Below are positions 28,546 through 36,690 of a stretch of 37,171 bases of DNA, piece by piece. Location of the stretch: positions 1-37,171 of IMG/VR virus record IMGVR_UViG_3300020045_001103. One strand, written 5' to 3'. Below the pieces are notes generated by a model that had not been told where the DNA came from, ran no database searches, and was given only the letters and a program-made list of their open reading frames with translations. Origin of the DNA: a virus (Duplodnaviria; Caudoviricetes). The position numbers and the translations under genes are program-made. Positions within the stretch are counted from its first letter, which is position 1. Each line of letters begins with the position of its first letter.

Positions 28546-30868
28546 ATAAATTTTTGTTCATTGATAAGAAAGTTAAGGGATTGTGTTTATTCTTCTTCTT
28601 ACTCTCTTCTATCATTGTATATTCAATTTCTGCTAAAGCTACAGGTAATAATAACATAGAGGATACAGCATCATAGTTTCCATCTATTTTATAACTAATA
28701 ATTTGTCTTATTAAGAATATATCTGGTATTCTTTCTATTACTAGATTCTCTTCCATCTCTCGAAGTAAAAAAGAACTCAGAAGGTCTAAGAATTGTATCT
28801 TAATAATTCTATTAGGTATTGTTATACCATATTGTGTTACTTTCTTCTCTAATCCATCTGACTCATATTTAGAAGGAGATGGAGCTAATAAGAAAGCTTT
28901 ATTCTTTTTAATGTAATAATCTCTACAAGGTCTACCTCTATTTTTCTCATACCATAAGCCAGCTTTAGGATTTCCATAAAAAGCTAACAATTGTTCTTGA
29001 GTCAAATGATACCCATCTAATCCATTAGGATGTTTTCCAATATATGAAGCTACAAGTATTCCTGTCAAAGGTAAGTTAGAATCCCAATACCTAGGATGTA
29101 ACCAAATATAAGTAACTCCAATAGAACCACCTTCATCTATATTATCAGATACATAAGGGTCATAAGTTGCTATATACATATCATTAGGTACAGCTCCCCC
29201 TATTACTCTAGGAAAGTCATAAATCATTACACAACCTTCAATAGATAATTTAGTCTGGAAATAAATCTCATAAAAAGGGTCTGCTTGATGGTCTATTGAA
29301 TAATTTACTCCTTCTACCATTTTAGAATCCCATCTAAGTTTTATAGGAGTTCCAATCTTTTGATAAAGATTACCTCGAAGGAGTACCTTCTCTCTAGCTA
29401 TAGCCTCTTCATAAGGTAAATAATGTCCTGTATCACTTAACCACATTTCAGAAGGAACTATAGGTCTATTCATCTTCTCTTCTCTCAATACAGAAGGGTC
29501 ATCAGAAATAGCTTTTTCCTCTCTTAATTTATTAACATGTTTGAAAGCTTCTATAAAATTGGTATTACCATCTTTATCTTTAAACTGATTTAAAGTTAAA
29601 TAGAAAGGTAAGAAAAATCCTATCTTTCCATGCTTACCATTACCTTCCCAAACATCATCATATTCTACTATATTATAATCTTGTGGATTAGTAAATTTCT
29701 TCTTAGTTTGTTCTATCATCTGAATATTTCCAGATGTTCCCAAATCTATTTGTACTCCAAATTGAATACCATTCCTAGATACAGCAGAAGTATTAGAGTT
29801 ATGAATTTCTATACTATTCTTAGTTAAACCACTCTCCTCTACTACAGATAAAGCATATCTACCCCCAGCTCCAGCTTGTGCACCACCCTCTTTTCTATCA
29901 GAATAAGATACATGATTTAATTTACTCTTAGTACCTTTTATAACCTCTCTACCTTTTTGTATAACTTTATATTCATGTCTCCAAGGGTTCTTCTTATTAC
30001 CATTACTTAAAGAACCAGACATATCTTTAAACAAAGGACATGGAAAATAATCATCATCTCCTGGACTACCCCATACTCCAAATTCAGCTTTAAGTGCTAA
30101 AGCATTCATAGATGCAGCTATCTTACTACAAAACTCTGAAGATTTATCAGTATCTCCACTACCAACTAAACATTCAACCATAGGCTGAATTTCATATTCT
30201 GGTAGATAAAAAGGCTTTCTATAGAATTTACCCTTATCATAAAATTGACCACCATCAGTAATAATCTTATGTAGTACCTTTCCTAGAGCTACAGTGTAAC
30301 TTTTACCACCACCCCTAGAACCTAATATAGAATAATTCTTAGCTTGATTATACTTTAAAGCTACTCCCATAGGAGTCTCATGTAACCTTCTTATATTCTC
30401 TCTTGGACTTATATACTCTTTAAAACTACCATTGGACTTTAGTACTCTCCAACTTTCTTCTAAAGGAGTTCTATTCTTATCAAAGGACAGTATAAGACTA
30501 TCTGAAGTATATTTATCATCTTGACTAAATCCACTAAATCCTTCTGCTTCTAGTAATCCATAAAATATTTCCCATTCAACATCTCTGATTAAGGGTTTAA
30601 TTTCTATAGTATTTTTAGCTGCATCAGTATCATAAATAATAGCTAGATTAGCATAAAACATTAAATCTCCTCCACAAAATCTATATCCTCCAGATTCTTC
30701 TCCCCACATACCTTCTACTATTAACTTCTTTATATTACTCCAAGTAGGAATATACAAAGGATTACTAGGATGTAGTTGAGGTATATTTAGAATATATTGG
30801 CTCAAGTTTTCTATCCTAATATAATCAGTCTTTAGTTGAGAGATACTTATATCTAAAATATTATTCAT
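28529..30868 (-). CDS. terL: Terminase large subunit
   Basis: Walker A GSRGGGKS, Walker B VVEESG, GTSG coupling motif, and nuclease motifs TYDPY and GNYDAVS. Confidence 0.92.
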   Translation of the reverse strand: MNNILDISISQLKTDYIRIENLSQYILNIPQLHPSNPLYIPTWSNIKKLIVEGMWGEESGGYRFCGGDLMFYANLAIIYDTDAAKNTIEIKPLIRDVEWEIFYGLLEAEGFSGFSQDDKYTSDSLILSFDKNRTPLEESWRVLKSNGSFKEYISPRENIRRLHETPMGVALKYNQAKNYSILGSRGGGKSYTVALGKVLHKIITDGGQFYDKGKFYRKPFYLPEYEIQPMVECLVGSGDTDKSSEFCSKIAASMNALALKAEFGVWGSPGDDDYFPCPLFKDMSGSLSNGNKKNPWRHEYKVIQKGREVIKGTKSKLNHVSYSDRKEGGAQAGAGGRYALSVVEESGLTKNSIEIHNSNTSAVSRNGIQFGVQIDLGTSGNIQMIEQTKKKFTNPQDYNIVEYDDVWEGNGKHGKIGFFLPFYLTLNQFKDKDGNTNFIEAFKHVNKLREEKAISDDPSVLREEKMNRPIVPSEMWLSDTGHYLPYEEAIAREKVLLRGNLYQKIGTPIKLRWDSKMVEGVNYSIDHQADPFYEIYFQTKLSIEGCVMIYDFPRVIGGAVPNDMYIATYDPYVSDNIDEGGSIGVTYIWLHPRYWDSNLPLTGILVASYIGKHPNGLDGYHLTQEQLLAFYGNPKAGLWYEKNRGRPCRDYYIKKNKAFLLAPSPSKYESDGLEKKVTQYGITIPNRIIKIQFLDLLSSFLLREMEENLVIERIPDIFLIRQIISYKIDGNYDAVSSMLLLPVALAEIEYTMIEESKKKNKHNPLTFLSMNKNLYGHKT

Positions 30869-30886
30869 TATAATCTTTTCATGATT

Positions 30887-30922
30887 AAAAGAAAGACCCT
30901 AAGTGTCTACTCCTAGGGTCTT
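30887..30922 (-). terminator. Rho-independent terminator upstream of terL
   Basis: AAGACCCTA (30893-30901) / TAGGGTCTT (30914-30922) inverted repeat; on the minus strand the stem runs into TTTCTTTT. Confidence 0.7.
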
Positions 30923-30930
30923 ATTACTAA

Positions 30931-31287
30931 TTATTTATTTACAGCCATATCACTTACAAAATCTCCAATCTCCATTAGAATAAAGAAGATTCTTTCAGAT
31001 ATTTCTTTAGCCTTAGCTTCTTCAATATCTAGATTTTCTTTTACTATTAAATTCAACAACTCTTTCTCACTCTCATCTAAATCCAACCACTCTTTACCTA
31101 ATTTCTTATATTCACCTACTATTTTAAGTAAGTCAAATAAAGGTTTAATAAAACCTAGAGCATCCCAACCAGTGACTTTTTTACCTTTCTTTTCTTTTTC
31201 AATTAACTTGAAAATCTTTGTAATTACTGTAACTGTCCATGTAGCTACAGATTCAAGAGTTTCAATTTCATACTTTTTTGTTGCCAT
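30931..31287 (-). CDS. Hypothetical helical protein
   Basis: 118-aa ORF with ATG and an AT-rich leader. Confidence 0.65.
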   Translation of the reverse strand: MATKKYEIETLESVATWTVTVITKIFKLIEKEKKGKKVTGWDALGFIKPLFDLLKIVGEYKKLGKEWLDLDESEKELLNLIVKENLDIEEAKAKEISERIFFILMEIGDFVSDMAVNK

Positions 31288-31305
31288 TGTTTATTAGTTT
31301 TAATT

Positions 31306-31878
31306 TTAAATTATTCCTCTTTCTGATGCAGTTTCTTTCCTTCCTCCATAGACTCTGGCTTCTTCTGCTTTGTGTTTTTGAAATTTTTTAATTACTGTGT
31401 CTAATTCATCATAAATTTTAGCTGTCTTAGACCTCATTGTATCTAATTGTAAGGCTGTTCCTTTCATTACAGCTGCCTTACCATCTATAAGTGCTGTTTT
31501 ATCTAGAGTAGGTTCAGTCTCTCTAATTAATTTAGACCTAGAAACTAAAGAATCTTTCTCTGCTTTAAGAGACCTCTCTATAGAATCCATACACTCTAAA
31601 GGATAAGCTTCTAAACATTCTAGAACTAAAGGGTCATTCCAATCTACTTTATAATAATTTTCTTCAATAACTCTTCTTCTTTCAGATTCCTCTAGTCTAT
31701 AAAGTTTATTATCTTCTTCATCTGGGTCACACATAAAATAAATACACCACATTATTTTAGAAGAATCTGGTACTGGATACATTTTATTAAAAGGAGGATA
31801 GATTCTCATTTGAGGATTTATCTCCCAGAAATCTTGATTTAAAGAGAAATTCTTATTTATTCGTATAAAGCTTCCCAT
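31306..31878 (-). CDS. Conserved crAss-like protein, candidate terminase small subunit
   Basis: SSKIMW.IYF..DP motif, C-terminal coiled coil ending RVYGG; close upstream of terL. The TerS role is inference. Confidence 0.45.
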   Translation of the reverse strand: MGSFIRINKNFSLNQDFWEINPQMRIYPPFNKMYPVPDSSKIMWCIYFMCDPDEEDNKLYRLEESERRRVIEENYYKVDWNDPLVLECLEAYPLECMDSIERSLKAEKDSLVSRSKLIRETEPTLDKTALIDGKAAVMKGTALQLDTMRSKTAKIYDELDTVIKKFQKHKAEEARVYGGRKETASERGII

Positions 31879-32351
31879 TTTAATTTAATTAAATCTTCGT
31901 AATAAATTCTTACATCACCACCTTTCTTTACTTTATTTATTAGCTTAACAGGTAACTCTATTTTATGTAACATCTCTATTAATTCTAAATTATCTTGTTT
32001 AAGATTAATAGTAGCTCTTTTATGATTCTCACCATCAATTAATCTTTCTCTAGTATTTTCTGAATAACTTAATAAATGTATTAAAGCATTAGCTTGTCTA
32101 GTAAAATATTTATTTCCTTTATATCTACTAAAAATTATAAATGCTGCTGAACTAAAGTCTGCCACAGCTATTAAAGTCCAATGATTATTCTTAGCTAAAT
32201 AATCCAATAACATCTCCATAGAACAAGCTGTACCACCACAACTAGAGAAATATAAATCACAAAATTCCTCTGACTCTACTGCCTCAAGTCTTTCTATTAG
32301 ACTTGTTATAGATTCTATTGTTAATTCTTCATGGAAGTTTACTACTGGCAT
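31857..32351 (-). CDS. clpP: ClpP-like serine protease
   Basis: LYFSSCGG (cf. LYINSPGG), ADFSSAAFIIF (catalytic Ser), ANALIH (catalytic His) and GDVRIYYED (candidate Asp). Confidence 0.7.
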   Translation of the reverse strand: MPVVNFHEELTIESITSLIERLEAVESEEFCDLYFSSCGGTACSMEMLLDYLAKNNHWTLIAVADFSSAAFIIFSRYKGNKYFTRQANALIHLLSYSENTRERLIDGENHKRATINLKQDNLELIEMLHKIELPVKLINKVKKGGDVRIYYEDLIKLKWEALYE

Positions 32352-32352
32352 A

Positions 32353-32529
32353 TTATATTATATATTTATAGAATTTATTAGTTTCTTCATCATCTAGTCT
32401 CCATTGGTAACTATCTCCTTTAATCTCTTTAAATTTAGCTATTGTATGTCCAAATTCTCCTAAAGTTTTTAAATATTCCATCATCATATTAAAGGATTTT
32501 CTTGTATCATGGTATAACATAGTTTCCAT
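32353..32529 (-). CDS. Small hypothetical protein (58 aa, not in ORF track)
   Basis: METMLYHDTRKSFNMMMEYLKTLGEFGHTIAKFKEIKGDSYQWRLDDEETNKFYKYII*. Its ATG overlaps the upstream TGA (TGATG) and it stops 1 nt before the clpP ATG. Confidence 0.7.
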   Translation of the reverse strand: METMLYHDTRKSFNMMMEYLKTLGEFGHTIAKFKEIKGDSYQWRLDDEETNKFYKYII

Positions 32530-32792
32530 CAGATTAAGTATTTAAAGAGTTTCTTTTTAGATTCCACTACTTTACTTCTCCTAGTTCTTTTATTAGGTAC
32601 TTTATCTAAGAATCCATCATATCCTTCTAATGTAAATATTTCTAGTCTCTCTCTCTTTTCATTAAAAATATCATTAATCATTTCTTTCAATTCTTGAGCA
32701 GTAATATTTCCATCATATTTTACTGTAATATGTTCGAGGGGTTTATATTGTTCAATTTCTAATCTCTGAACTTTAGGTAAGAAAGTTTCCAT
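32529..32792 (-). CDS. Hypothetical protein
   Basis: 87-aa ORF with a basic C-terminus, tightly packed. Confidence 0.6.
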   Translation of the reverse strand: METFLPKVQRLEIEQYKPLEHITVKYDGNITAQELKEMINDIFNEKRERLEIFTLEGYDGFLDKVPNKRTRRSKVVESKKKLFKYLI

Positions 32793-32793
32793 T

Positions 32794-32859
32794 TTAAATT
32801 ACTTTTGTCTTGTAGACTATTACTGCTATAATTGCAAATATTGTTATTATTACTATCAT
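32794..32859 (-). CDS. 21-aa single-TM micropeptide
   Basis: MIVIITIFAIIAVIVYKTKVI* fills the gap between the endolysin-like gene and the next gene almost exactly. Confidence 0.5.
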   Translation of the reverse strand: MIVIITIFAIIAVIVYKTKVI

Positions 32860-32865
32860 GTTGTT

Positions 32866-33465
32866 TTAATTTAATTGTGATTCATCTAATAATGTGAAAG
32901 TAAAAAAGTCTCCATAGAGCTTTTGAGACTCCAATAGAGTAGCATAAAATAATTTCCACTCTAAGATATTGGCAAAAACCATACAACCTGCACTCCATTT
33001 ATCTATTTTAGTAGAAGTTCCTTTATCTGAAGCATGATGTATATTAATAGCAAATACTCCTTTTTGAATAGTACTAGGTTCTAAATCATGTATAGTATCT
33101 CTATTAGAGTCTCTATAAACTTTAATAGGAGCAGCTTGTACTAGTGCTGGATACTTCTTATGTAACCCTAGTTTATAAGCTTTGCTATATTGTCCTGGAA
33201 CTACAATAGCTGTTCCTTGAGAATTCATAGGATTTTTAAGATAATACTCTCCTGCTTCAGTAGTAATTGTAAATTGATAAACTACCCATTGTAACTTTTC
33301 ATTTTTAAATATAACATACATAAAATCATCAAAGGTGTTATCAGATTTACTTTGTCTAACAGCTATTAGATTCAAATTATAACTTCCTACTTCAAAGAAC
33401 TTATAATCTAGTTTCTTAAATAACTGTCTAAAATAATCTACTTGTATTTCACTAATCTCTTTCAT
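32866..33465 (-). CDS. YkuD/L,D-transpeptidase-like cell-wall hydrolase (putative endolysin)
   Basis: NLIAVR, FDD, TTEAG, PGQY, VYRD and INIHHAS...WSAGCMV (H...SxGC catalytic motif). Confidence 0.75.
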   Translation of the reverse strand: MKEISEIQVDYFRQLFKKLDYKFFEVGSYNLNLIAVRQSKSDNTFDDFMYVIFKNEKLQWVVYQFTITTEAGEYYLKNPMNSQGTAIVVPGQYSKAYKLGLHKKYPALVQAAPIKVYRDSNRDTIHDLEPSTIQKGVFAINIHHASDKGTSTKIDKWSAGCMVFANILEWKLFYATLLESQKLYGDFFTFTLLDESQLN

Positions 33466-33751
33466 ATACTATTGCTATTAAGGTTAATCTATCACTTGTA
33501 TTATCATCCCAATAAACTGTAATAAACTTCTTAGAGATGTAATTGTCTGCTCCAGTGTTAAGTATAGCTGCTGGTACATCTTTAGGTTTAAAAGTAACTT
33601 GTAGAGAATTATTAATCCAGTTACCTGTAGTACAACCACAAGAGGCTGCATGGGATTTATATCTTTTATTACCAGAGTACTTGAAGGAGAAGTGTAATGC
33701 TTCCCCTTCAATAGTATCTCCAAAATGTCTAGTTGTTCTATTCCAACTCAT
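33452..33751 (-). CDS. DUF1573-like Ig-fold protein
   Basis: HFG, F.Y.N-like strand, ASCGCT motif and K.ITV..L.L pattern typical of Bacteroidota DUF1573. Confidence 0.65.
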   Translation of the reverse strand: MSWNRTTRHFGDTIEGEALHFSFKYSGNKRYKSHAASCGCTTGNWINNSLQVTFKPKDVPAAILNTGADNYISKKFITVYWDDNTSDRLTLIAIVYERD

Positions 33752-33923
33752 TTATAATAATCTTGTTTTCTGTTTGCAATCTAAGAACTTCCTCTAGAGA
33801 AACTTCTTGGATTTCTTGAATATTGGTATAGAGAGTATCTGAAATTTGAATAAAGTTATTAGAACCTTTCCAACCTAGTTCTCTCCAATACTTATCTTTC
33901 ACTCTAAAGCTTATAATGTTCAT
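33738..33923 (-). CDS. Hypothetical protein
   Basis: 61-aa ORF with an ATGA overlap with the groES-like stop. Confidence 0.55.
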   Translation of the reverse strand: MNIISFRVKDKYWRELGWKGSNNFIQISDTLYTNIQEIQEVSLEEVLRLQTENKIIINELE

Positions 33924-34525
33924 TCCAAAATAATATCTATAAACCTAGCATCAACCAAAAGGTATCCATAATGAGGACTCATAGGGTCAATAGGAGGTTC
34001 TTGTGATTTGTAAGAATAATGTGTAAATTTATTAGGGATAGTAATAGCTGCTTCATTACCTCCACCCATAGGTACTGCTCTAGTAGGTTCTTCACTCAAC
34101 TGAACAATCATTCCTGGTTGTAAATCTTCAATATATTTAGGAACTGCTATAACAACAGCTTTAGAAGAATAAGGATATGGACTTTCTATTGTACCAACAG
34201 TACCATAACCAGCTTTAGTAGGAATAACTACTCTTTGTGTATGAGGAATTACAATTCCATCTGGAGTAATTGTCAACTCATTTACAAATACTCTAACTAG
34301 AACTTTATTTCTAGTGGTCAGGCTATTGTAAAGAGGGTTTGGATTTAGGATATTTGCATTATATGTCTTTAGAATTTCATTGAATTCTAAATCCCAGGAT
34401 AAAGGAAAATCTTCATCTTTAAGATTAACCTCTTCATCAAATACTGGAGTTAACTCTTCATTGCTTGTTGAAAAAGATTTCATAGATAAGTCTCTTACTG
34501 GTGTTTCTTTATTAAAATTTGTCAT
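33920..34525 (-). CDS. groES: GroES/Cpn10-like co-chaperonin with extensions
   Basis: RNKVLVRV...TPDGIVIP (cf. DRVIVK...TAGGIVLP), KAVVIAVP...LQPGMIVQL and GYLLVDARFIDIIL; ATGA-coupled to groEL. Confidence 0.7.
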   Translation of the reverse strand: MTNFNKETPVRDLSMKSFSTSNEELTPVFDEEVNLKDEDFPLSWDLEFNEILKTYNANILNPNPLYNSLTTRNKVLVRVFVNELTITPDGIVIPHTQRVVIPTKAGYGTVGTIESPYPYSSKAVVIAVPKYIEDLQPGMIVQLSEEPTRAVPMGGGNEAAITIPNKFTHYSYKSQEPPIDPMSPHYGYLLVDARFIDIILE

Positions 34526-36015
34526 TGGTTTATTAGATTATATTTTGTGTTAATTAAAAGTTTAGTTGATGCAAAAGCATTAGTCAAGGATTCTATTACT
34601 ACTAGAGTAGGGTCAATAATACCTTCTTCTACCATGTCTATATATTGGTCTGTAAGGACATTATAACCTTGTGTTTTAAGGTCTTTTTCAAAATGTATTA
34701 ATACTACTTCAGGATTCAAATTTGCATTGGTTAAAATGGTTTTAATTGGCTCTTGACAAGCTTCTAAAACTATCTTATAACCTATAGCTTCTTTATCATT
34801 TAAAGTGGGTATTTGAAGAAAACTAGCTTTATATAAGGCTACTCCTCCACCAGCAACATATCCTCCATTTATAGAGGCTTTAACTGAACCTAAAGCATCC
34901 TCTAATCTATCAAATTCTTCATCTTGAGATTCTTTAGTAATACCTCCTGTATAAATAATTCCTGTACTACCTTGTAACTTATGAATTCTAGTTACTGTTT
35001 TTGTATATTCATATTCGTCAGTAATATGGTCTAAACTAGTTGTAAGTTTTTCTACTCTAGCTCTAAGTGTATCTGTAGGTTGATTGTAAATTATAAACTT
35101 CTCTCTAGTAATCACTATCTTATCTACTATTCCTTGATTAGTATAAGCTGAAATGTCTTTAAGATTTTCATTTACATTCTCTCCAAATCCAGGAGATTTA
35201 ATTAAACATATAGGAACATGTTTATTCATCCTATTAGTAATACAAGCTACAATAAATTGTTTAGAAAAATCAGGTGCTATAATTACTACTGGTTGGTCTT
35301 TTGCTAAAGCATTAGATAAAATATTAGTATGTACTTCTGTAAAACTTCTTATCTCCTTATCTTCAATAAAGATTCTAGCATTTTCAAACACACATCTATC
35401 TCCTGAAGAATTAGCAAACTGTGAATGTACCATTCCAGAGTTAAATTCTATACCTTCTTTAATTTCAAAGAAAGTAGTTGGAGAATATAAGGATTTTTCT
35501 AGATTAACCAAAGAATTCATTGTTACAATTTTATAACAATCTGCTATAAGTTTACCTAGGACTTTAGAATTAGAAGCTATTGAAGCTACTTGTTCTAACT
35601 TTAGATAATCTTCATTAAGTTGATTAGAGTTAGACTCTATAAACTTAATAACATCTTCTACTGCTTTCTCCATACCTCTAATTATGGAATTAATATCTCC
35701 ATCTAAATGAATGACAGATTTATTAACTAAAGCTTGGAGTAATACTGATGTTGCTGTTGTACCATCTCCTACTTTATTAACTGTTCTTTTAGCTGAAGAT
35801 TTAACTAGATTATTACCTATCCCCTCTAATCCTGATAGATTAATAGCATCTGCTACTGAAACACCATCTTTTGTAATGGAAGTTACTAAACCATCTGTAA
35901 TATTTACATATTTACCTTTAGCTCCCATTGTTGTTTTAATAATATCAACTGTCTTATTTAACCCCTCTATAACCTCTTTGTTATTGTCAGATATTAATAT
36001 TGTTTTCCCTTTCAT
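34522..36015 (-). CDS. groEL: GroEL/Cpn60 chaperonin
   Basis: TMGAKG, ITKDGVSVA, GDGTTAT, EGIEFNSG, KSPGFG, DRLEDAL, GYVAGGGVAL and GIIDP motifs. Confidence 0.95.
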   Translation of the reverse strand: MKGKTILISDNNKEVIEGLNKTVDIIKTTMGAKGKYVNITDGLVTSITKDGVSVADAINLSGLEGIGNNLVKSSAKRTVNKVGDGTTATSVLLQALVNKSVIHLDGDINSIIRGMEKAVEDVIKFIESNSNQLNEDYLKLEQVASIASNSKVLGKLIADCYKIVTMNSLVNLEKSLYSPTTFFEIKEGIEFNSGMVHSQFANSSGDRCVFENARIFIEDKEIRSFTEVHTNILSNALAKDQPVVIIAPDFSKQFIVACITNRMNKHVPICLIKSPGFGENVNENLKDISAYTNQGIVDKIVITREKFIIYNQPTDTLRARVEKLTTSLDHITDEYEYTKTVTRIHKLQGSTGIIYTGGITKESQDEEFDRLEDALGSVKASINGGYVAGGGVALYKASFLQIPTLNDKEAIGYKIVLEACQEPIKTILTNANLNPEVVLIHFEKDLKTQGYNVLTDQYIDMVEEGIIDPTLVVIESLTNAFASTKLLINTKYNLINQ

Positions 36016-36293
36016 TCTGTTAATTGTTTAATTAATTTGTCATGAACTTCTAGCTGTGGAGATTCTGGATTTCTCTTTTCTAATAAAGCTCTTTTCTTTA
36101 CTACTGTTTTTGGATTAATGAAAAATTGACCAAATTCACTTATCAAGATTCCTTTCTTTGAGTATAAAGGATTAGTCAAAAACATTCTAATAGTTTGCCA
36201 GAAATCCTTTACAATAACTTCCAAGTGTTCTTTTGAGATTTTAGCTTCTTGTGCTGCTAAAGTTATTATATCTTCTGGTTTACTATACTGCAT
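36012..36293 (-). CDS. HU/IHF-like DNA-binding protein
   Basis: DIITLAAQEAKISKEHLEVIVKDFWQTIRMFL helices followed by ILISEFGQF. Confidence 0.7.
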   Translation of the reverse strand: MQYSKPEDIITLAAQEAKISKEHLEVIVKDFWQTIRMFLTNPLYSKKGILISEFGQFFINPKTVVKKRALLEKRNPESPQLEVHDKLIKQLTE

Positions 36294-36678
36294 CTATTTC
36301 AAAATATAATTCTAAACTAATAGGTTGTCCTTCTTTTAATGCCTTCTTAACTTGAAGTTGAAAATCTCTTAAAGGTTGTGCTACTAAAACATCTCCTCTC
36401 AATTCTCCTGTATCAACTAGAAAACCTTTAGAGACTAAAGACTTTTTAGTAATAGAAACTGAACTCCAAGTACTTTGTGTATCTTTATAGTTTAGTGACT
36501 TACATAAAGCTTTTAATTCTTTCCCCTTAAACATAGATTTATAAGGGTCTCCTGCTAATACCCCTACCATTATTTCTAACTCCTTATCTGTTAAAGTAAA
36601 TAAACTAGCATTTCTTATATGCAAGTAGTATTTCCAGAATTCTTTTTCATTAGTCTTTTTCTTTAATAATATTTTCAT
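36283..36678 (-). CDS. Winged-helix DNA-binding protein
   Basis: LTDKELEIM...KALCKSLNY...SVSITKKSLVSKGFL wHTH pattern. Confidence 0.6.
   Translation of the reverse strand: MKILLKKKTNEKEFWKYYLHIRNASLFTLTDKELEIMVGVLAGDPYKSMFKGKELKALCKSLNYKDTQSTWSSVSITKKSLVSKGFLVDTGELRGDVLVAQPLRDFQLQVKKALKEGQPISLELYFEIDAV
36295..36436 (+). repeat. Direct repeat copy 1 (142 bp)
   Basis: Identical to 37030-37171 except T36370 versus C37105. Confidence 0.9.
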
Positions 36679-36682
36679 AGTA

Positions 36683-36690
36683 CAAATTTA
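36683..36690 (-). promoter_or_regulatory. Bacteroidota-type -7 promoter element (TAAATTTG)
   Basis: TAnnTTTG match 4 nt upstream of the ATG at 36678, at the head of the operon; no clear -33 TTTG. Confidence 0.4.

Noticed and set aside
33484-33723. Alternative-frame hydrophobic 79-aa ORF as a nested spanin or holin
   Set aside because: Fully nested in the DUF1573-like gene, non-ATG start, no lipobox Cys; the hydrophobicity is expected from an AT-rich shifted frame.
7141-36031. Plus-strand ORFs in the track (7141, 10416, 14970, 16399, 23488, 24282, 24651, 27757, 29630, 33543, 35153, 35711)
   Set aside because: Antisense shadows of well-supported minus-strand genes, with Ser/Ile/Leu-biased sequences and no motifs.
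1267-36678. Stop-codon reassignment (TAG or TGA recoding seen in some crAss-like phages)
   Set aside because: Long genes are uninterrupted in code 11, and TAG and TGA end genes at tight overlaps with the next start.
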